Assembly (NCBI GenBank): GCA_040954595.2
Contig: CM082580.2
Span: 3,400,783-3,464,782 of the forward strand
Source: Balanoglossus misakiensis
Lineage: Eukaryota; Animalia; Hemichordata
Length of the DNA: 64,000 nucleotides
Reading direction: 5' to 3'
Shown piece by piece: positions 59,266 to 64,000 of the stretch. A program made the position numbers and the translations under genes. The notes below the pieces were generated by a model. The model ran no database searches and was not told the origin of the DNA. It saw nothing but the letters and a program-made list of their open reading frames with translations. Within the stretch, counting starts at the first letter, position 1. Every line of letters begins with the position of its first letter.

Positions 59266-62200
59266 TTAGCTGCTATCATTCTCTTGCTTTGAATGACAGA
59301 TTGATATAAAGATGCCAGATTATGAACTGCCAGCTGTGTTTTTATGTCTTTTATTCAGTCAAATTAGATTTTTTTCACCACATTGGCTGTCTTTGCCAGT
59401 ACTTTTAGCTGGTCACACTGTTTTCAAAATACCATGCGATCATTATGAAGCATATACAGCAGACAAAGTTGTGGTATGACTGAACTTGCCCTTGTTTGTT
59501 CGAAAAGCATGACTGGCCTGTCTTAGGTTGTCTCCTCATTGGAGGCCTTACCCGTCATGGGCTCACAGTCTGAGAAATCAGCTCTGCAGGGAAGTTAACG
59601 ATGTAACCCACCATTAAAGCTTGTATTTCCGCTTTCTTTTTATTTGATGCCTGGCTGAGGCCTGTCTTAGGTTCTACCCAACTTTGAGTAAACTTACCCG
59701 TCATTGGCACACAGACTCAGGAAGGGAAGCAAACAGTTCAGCATACCATTAAAGCCTTTCTATTTTCCATTCTTTTTGATGTAGACAAATGTTGATCTCA
59801 AATTTATCAAGGAAGAGAATAATAGAAGCTAAAATTTAGACTTGAATAAAAAATCTAAACTTGTGAATGTAGGGGATGCCAAGATTGGCGTGATGGAACT
59901 ACGTAATGGAATATTATGTCTTACCTCATTAAATATGTACATACCTAATGCAAGACTAACCAATAGGGCTAGAAGTCTCGCTTTTCTTGGATATGGATCA
60001 GAAGGGATCGACTTTTTGTGACTAATATTTGGGTGACCCTAGACCTACATTTCCATATCTCAGCATCCTGAAGATACAGCCTTGGCATCCCCTATATTCA
60101 CAAATTTAGATTTTTTATTAAGGTCTGAATTTTAGCTGCTATTATTCTCTTGCTTTGAATGACATGGATTGATATAAAGATGCCAGATTATGAACTGCCA
60201 GCTAATCACAGTGCTCTTGCTGTGTTTTGTGTCTTTTATTCAGTCAAATTAGATGTTTTTTCACCACATTGGCTGTCTTTGCCAGTACTTTTAGCTGGTC
60301 ACACTGTTTTCAAAATACCATGCGATCATTATGAAGCATATACAGCAGACAAAGTTGTGGTATGACTGAACTTGCCCTTGTTTGTTCGAAAAGCATGACT
60401 GGCCTGTCTTAGGTTGTCTCCTCATTGGAGGCCTTACCCGTCATGGGCTCACAGTCTGAGAAATCAGCTCTGCAGGGAAGTTAACGATGTAACCCACCAT
60501 TAAAGCTTGTATTTCCGCTTTCTTTTTATTTGATGCCTGGCTGAGGCCTGTCTTAGGTTCTACCCAACTTTGAGTAAACTTACCCGTCATTGGCACACAG
60601 ACTCAGGAAGGGAAGCAAACAGTTCAGCATACCATTAAAGCCTTTCTATTTTCCATTCTTTTTGATGTAGACAAATGTTGATCTCAAATTTATCAAGGAA
60701 GAGAATAAGAGCAGCTAAAATTTAGACTTAAATAAAAAATCTAAATTTGTGAATGTAGGGGATGCCAAGATTGGCGTGATGGAACTACGTAATGGAATAT
60801 TATGTCTTACCTCATTAAATATGTACATTCCTAATGCTAGACTAACCAATAGGGCTAGAAGTCTCGCTTTTCTTGGATATGGATCAGAAGGGATTGACTT
60901 TTTGTGACTAATATTTGGGTGACCTTAGACCTACATTTCCATATCTCAGCATCCTGAAGATACAGCCTTGGCATCCCCTATATTCACAAATTTAGATTTT
61001 TTATTAAGGTCTGAATTTTAGCTGCCATTATTCTCTTGTTTTGAATGACATGGATTGATATAAAGATGCCAGATTATGAACTGCCAGCTAATCACAGTGC
61101 TCTTGCTGTGTTTTGTGTCTTTTATTCAGTCAAATTAGATGTTTTTTCACCACATTGGCTGTCTTTGCCAGTACTTTTAGCTGGTCACACTGTTTTCAAA
61201 ATACCATGCGATCATTATGAAGCATATACAGCAGACAAAGTTGTGGTATGACTGAACTTGCCCTTGTTTGTTCGAAAAGCATGACTGGCCTGTCTTAGGT
61301 TGTCTCCTCATTGGAGGCCTTACCCGTCATGGGCTCACAGTCTGAGAAATCAGCTCTGCAGGGAAGTTAACGATGTAACCCACCATTAAAGCTTGTATTT
61401 CCGCTTTCTTTTTATTTGATGCCTGGCTGAGGCCTGTCTTAGGTTCTACCCAACTTTGAGTAAACTTACCCGTCATTGGCACACAGACTCAGGAAGGGAA
61501 GCAAACAGTTCAGCATACCATTAAAGCCTTTCTATTTTCCATTCTTTTTGATGTAGACAAATGTTGATCTCAAATTTATCAAGGAAGAGAATAATAGAAG
61601 CTAAAATTTAGACTTGAATAAAAAATCTAAACTTGTGAATGTAGGGGATGCCAAGATTGGCGTGATGGAACTACGTAATGGAATATTATGTCTTACCTCA
61701 TTAAATATGTACATACCTAATGCAAGACTAACCAATAGGGCTAGAAGTCTCGCTTTTCTTGGATATGGATCAGAAGGGATCGACTTTTTGTGACTAATAT
61801 TTGGGTGACCCTAGACCTACATTTCCATATCTCAGCATCCTGAAGATACAGCCTTGGCATCCCCTATATTCACAAATTTAGATTTTTTATTAAGGTCTGA
61901 ATTTTAGCTGCTATTATTCTCTTGCTTTGAATGACATGGATTGATATAAAGATGCCAGATTATGAACTGCCAGCTAATCACAGTGCTCTTGCTGTGTTTT
62001 GTGTCTTTTATTCAGTCAAATTAGATGTTTTTTCACCACATTGGCTGTCTTTGCCAGTACTTTTAGCTGGTCACACTGTTTTCAAAATACCATGCGATCA
62101 TTATGAAGCATATACAGCAGACAAAGTTGTGGTATGACTGAACTTGCCCTTGTTTGTTCGAAAAGCATGACTGGCCTGTCTTAGGTTGTCTCCTCATTGG

Positions 62201-64000
62201 AGGCCTTACCCGTCATGGGCTCACAGTCTGAGAAATCAGCTCTGCAGGGAAGTTAACGATGTAACCCACCATTAAAGCTTGTATTTCCGCTTTCTTTTTA
62301 TTTGATGCCTGGCTGAGGCCTGTCTTAGGTTCTACCCAACTTTGAGTAAACTTACCCGTCATTGGCACACAGACTCAGGAAGGGAAGCAAACAGTTCAGC
62401 ATACCATTAAAGCCATTATATTTTCCATTCTTTTTGATGTAGACAAATGTTGATCTCAAATTTATCAAGGAAGAGAATAAGAGCAGCTAAAATTTAGACT
62501 TAAATAAAAAATCTAAATTTGTGAATGTAGGGGATGCCAAGATTGGCGTGATGGAACTACGTAATGGAATATTATGTCTTACCTCATTAAATATGTACAT
62601 TCCTAATGCTAGACTAACCAATAGGGCTAGAAGTCTCGCTTTTCTTGGATATGGATCAGAAGGGATTGACTTTTTGTGACTAATATTTGGGTGACCTTAG
62701 ACCTACATTTCCATATCTCAGCATCCTGAAGATACAGCCTTGGCATCCCCTATATTCACAAATTTAGATTTTTTATTAAGGTCTGAATTTTAGCTGCCAT
62801 TATTCTCTTGTTTTGAATGACATGGATTGATATAAAGATGCCAGATTATGAACTGCCAGCTAATCACAGTGCTCTTGCTGTGTTTTGTGTCTTTTATTCA
62901 GTCAAATTAGATGTTTTTTCACCACATTGGCTGTCTTTGCCAGTACTTTTAGCTGGTCACACTGTTTTCAAAATACCATGCGATCATTATGAAGCATATA
63001 CAGCAGACAAAGTTGTGGTATGACTGAACTTGCCCTTGTTTGTTCGAAAAGCATGACTGGCCTGTCTTAGGTTGTCTCCTCATTGGAGGCCTTACCCGTC
63101 ATGGGCTCACAGTCTGAGAAATCAGCTCTGCAGGGAAGTTAACGATGTAACCCACCATTAAAGCTTGTATTTCCGCTTTCTTTTTATTTGATGCCTGGCT
63201 GAGGCCTGTCTTAGGTTCTACCCAACTTTGAGTAAACTTACCCGTCATTGGCACACAGACTCAGGAAGGGAAGCAAACAGTTCAGCATACCATTAAAGCC
63301 ATTATATTTTCCATTCTTTTTGATGTAGACAAATGTTGATCTCAAATTTATCAAGGAAGAGAATAATAGAAGCTAAAATTTAGACTTGAATAAAAAATCT
63401 AAATTTGTGAATGTAGGGGATGCCAAGGTTGGCGTGATGGAACTACGTAATGGAATATTATGTCTTACCTTATTAAATATGTACATTCCTAATGCTAGAC
63501 TAACCAATAGGGCTAGAAGTCTCGCTTTTCTTGGATATGGATCAGAAGGGGTTGACTTTTTGTGACTAATATTTGGGTGACCTCAGGGTGACCCTAGACC
63601 TACATTTCCATATCTCAGCATCCTGAAGATACAGCCTTGGCATCCCCTAAATTCACAAATTTAGATTTTTTATTAAGGTCTGAATTTTAGCTGCCATTAT
63701 TCTCTTGCTTTGAATGACAGATTGATGTACAGATGCCAGATTATGAACTGCCAGCTGTGTTTTTATGTCTTTTATTCAGTCAAATTAGATGTTTTTTTCA
63801 CCACATTGGCTGTCTTTGCTAGTACTTTTAGCTGGTCACACTGTTTTCAAAATACCATGCGATCATTATGAAGCATATACAGCAGACAAAGTTGAGGTAT
63901 GACTGAACTTGCCCTTGTTTGTTCGAAAAGCATGACTGGCCTGTCTTAGGTTGTCTCCTCATTGGAGGCCTTACCCGTCATGGGCTCACAGTCTGAGAAA
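59266..64000. repeat. 886-bp tandem satellite running off the window edge
   Basis: An identical 68-codon ORF recurs at 60159, 61045, 61931 and 62817 (period 886). Each monomer has 71-bp inverted repeats (e.g. 60081-60151 / 60699-60769). Confidence 0.97.

Noticed and set aside
60159-63023. Four identical 68-aa ORFs as a tandem gene family
   Set aside because: They are part of the satellite monomer and are disrupted in the edge monomers (57793, 59293, 63714); no recognisable domain.

Overview
AT-rich eukaryotic (probably marine invertebrate) DNA with GT-AG introns, in three zones. (1) 1-12 kb holds host genes: the 5' end of a probable RUNDC1 orthologue (-), a complete five-exon signal-peptide/BRICHOS/KR-cleaved four-cysteine peptide precursor of the arenicin/alvinellacin architecture (+), and a caveolin (-). 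(2) About 13-55 kb is a dense transposon mosaic. It includes a foldback element built from 20-22-bp repeats with a nested Tigger, AcademH transposase and RecQ-helicase pieces, IS3EU-like integrase, DIRS/Ngaro gag, RNase H and recombinase pieces, hAT and MULE fragments, and piggyBac with a 126-bp coding minisatellite. It also holds an intact young BEL/Pao LTR element, a solo LTR, Kolobok and Helentron-type non-autonomous elements, and a ~7-kb tandem duplication. Every TE coding fragment I could recognise there lies on the + strand, which suggests a uni-strand (flamenco-like) piRNA cluster. (3) 57-64 kb is an 886-bp satellite, apparently derived from a foldback of a Helentron-type repeat, with an internal 71-bp inverted repeat and ABAB higher-order structure. 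All family assignments come from motif recognition by eye; no database searches were run.
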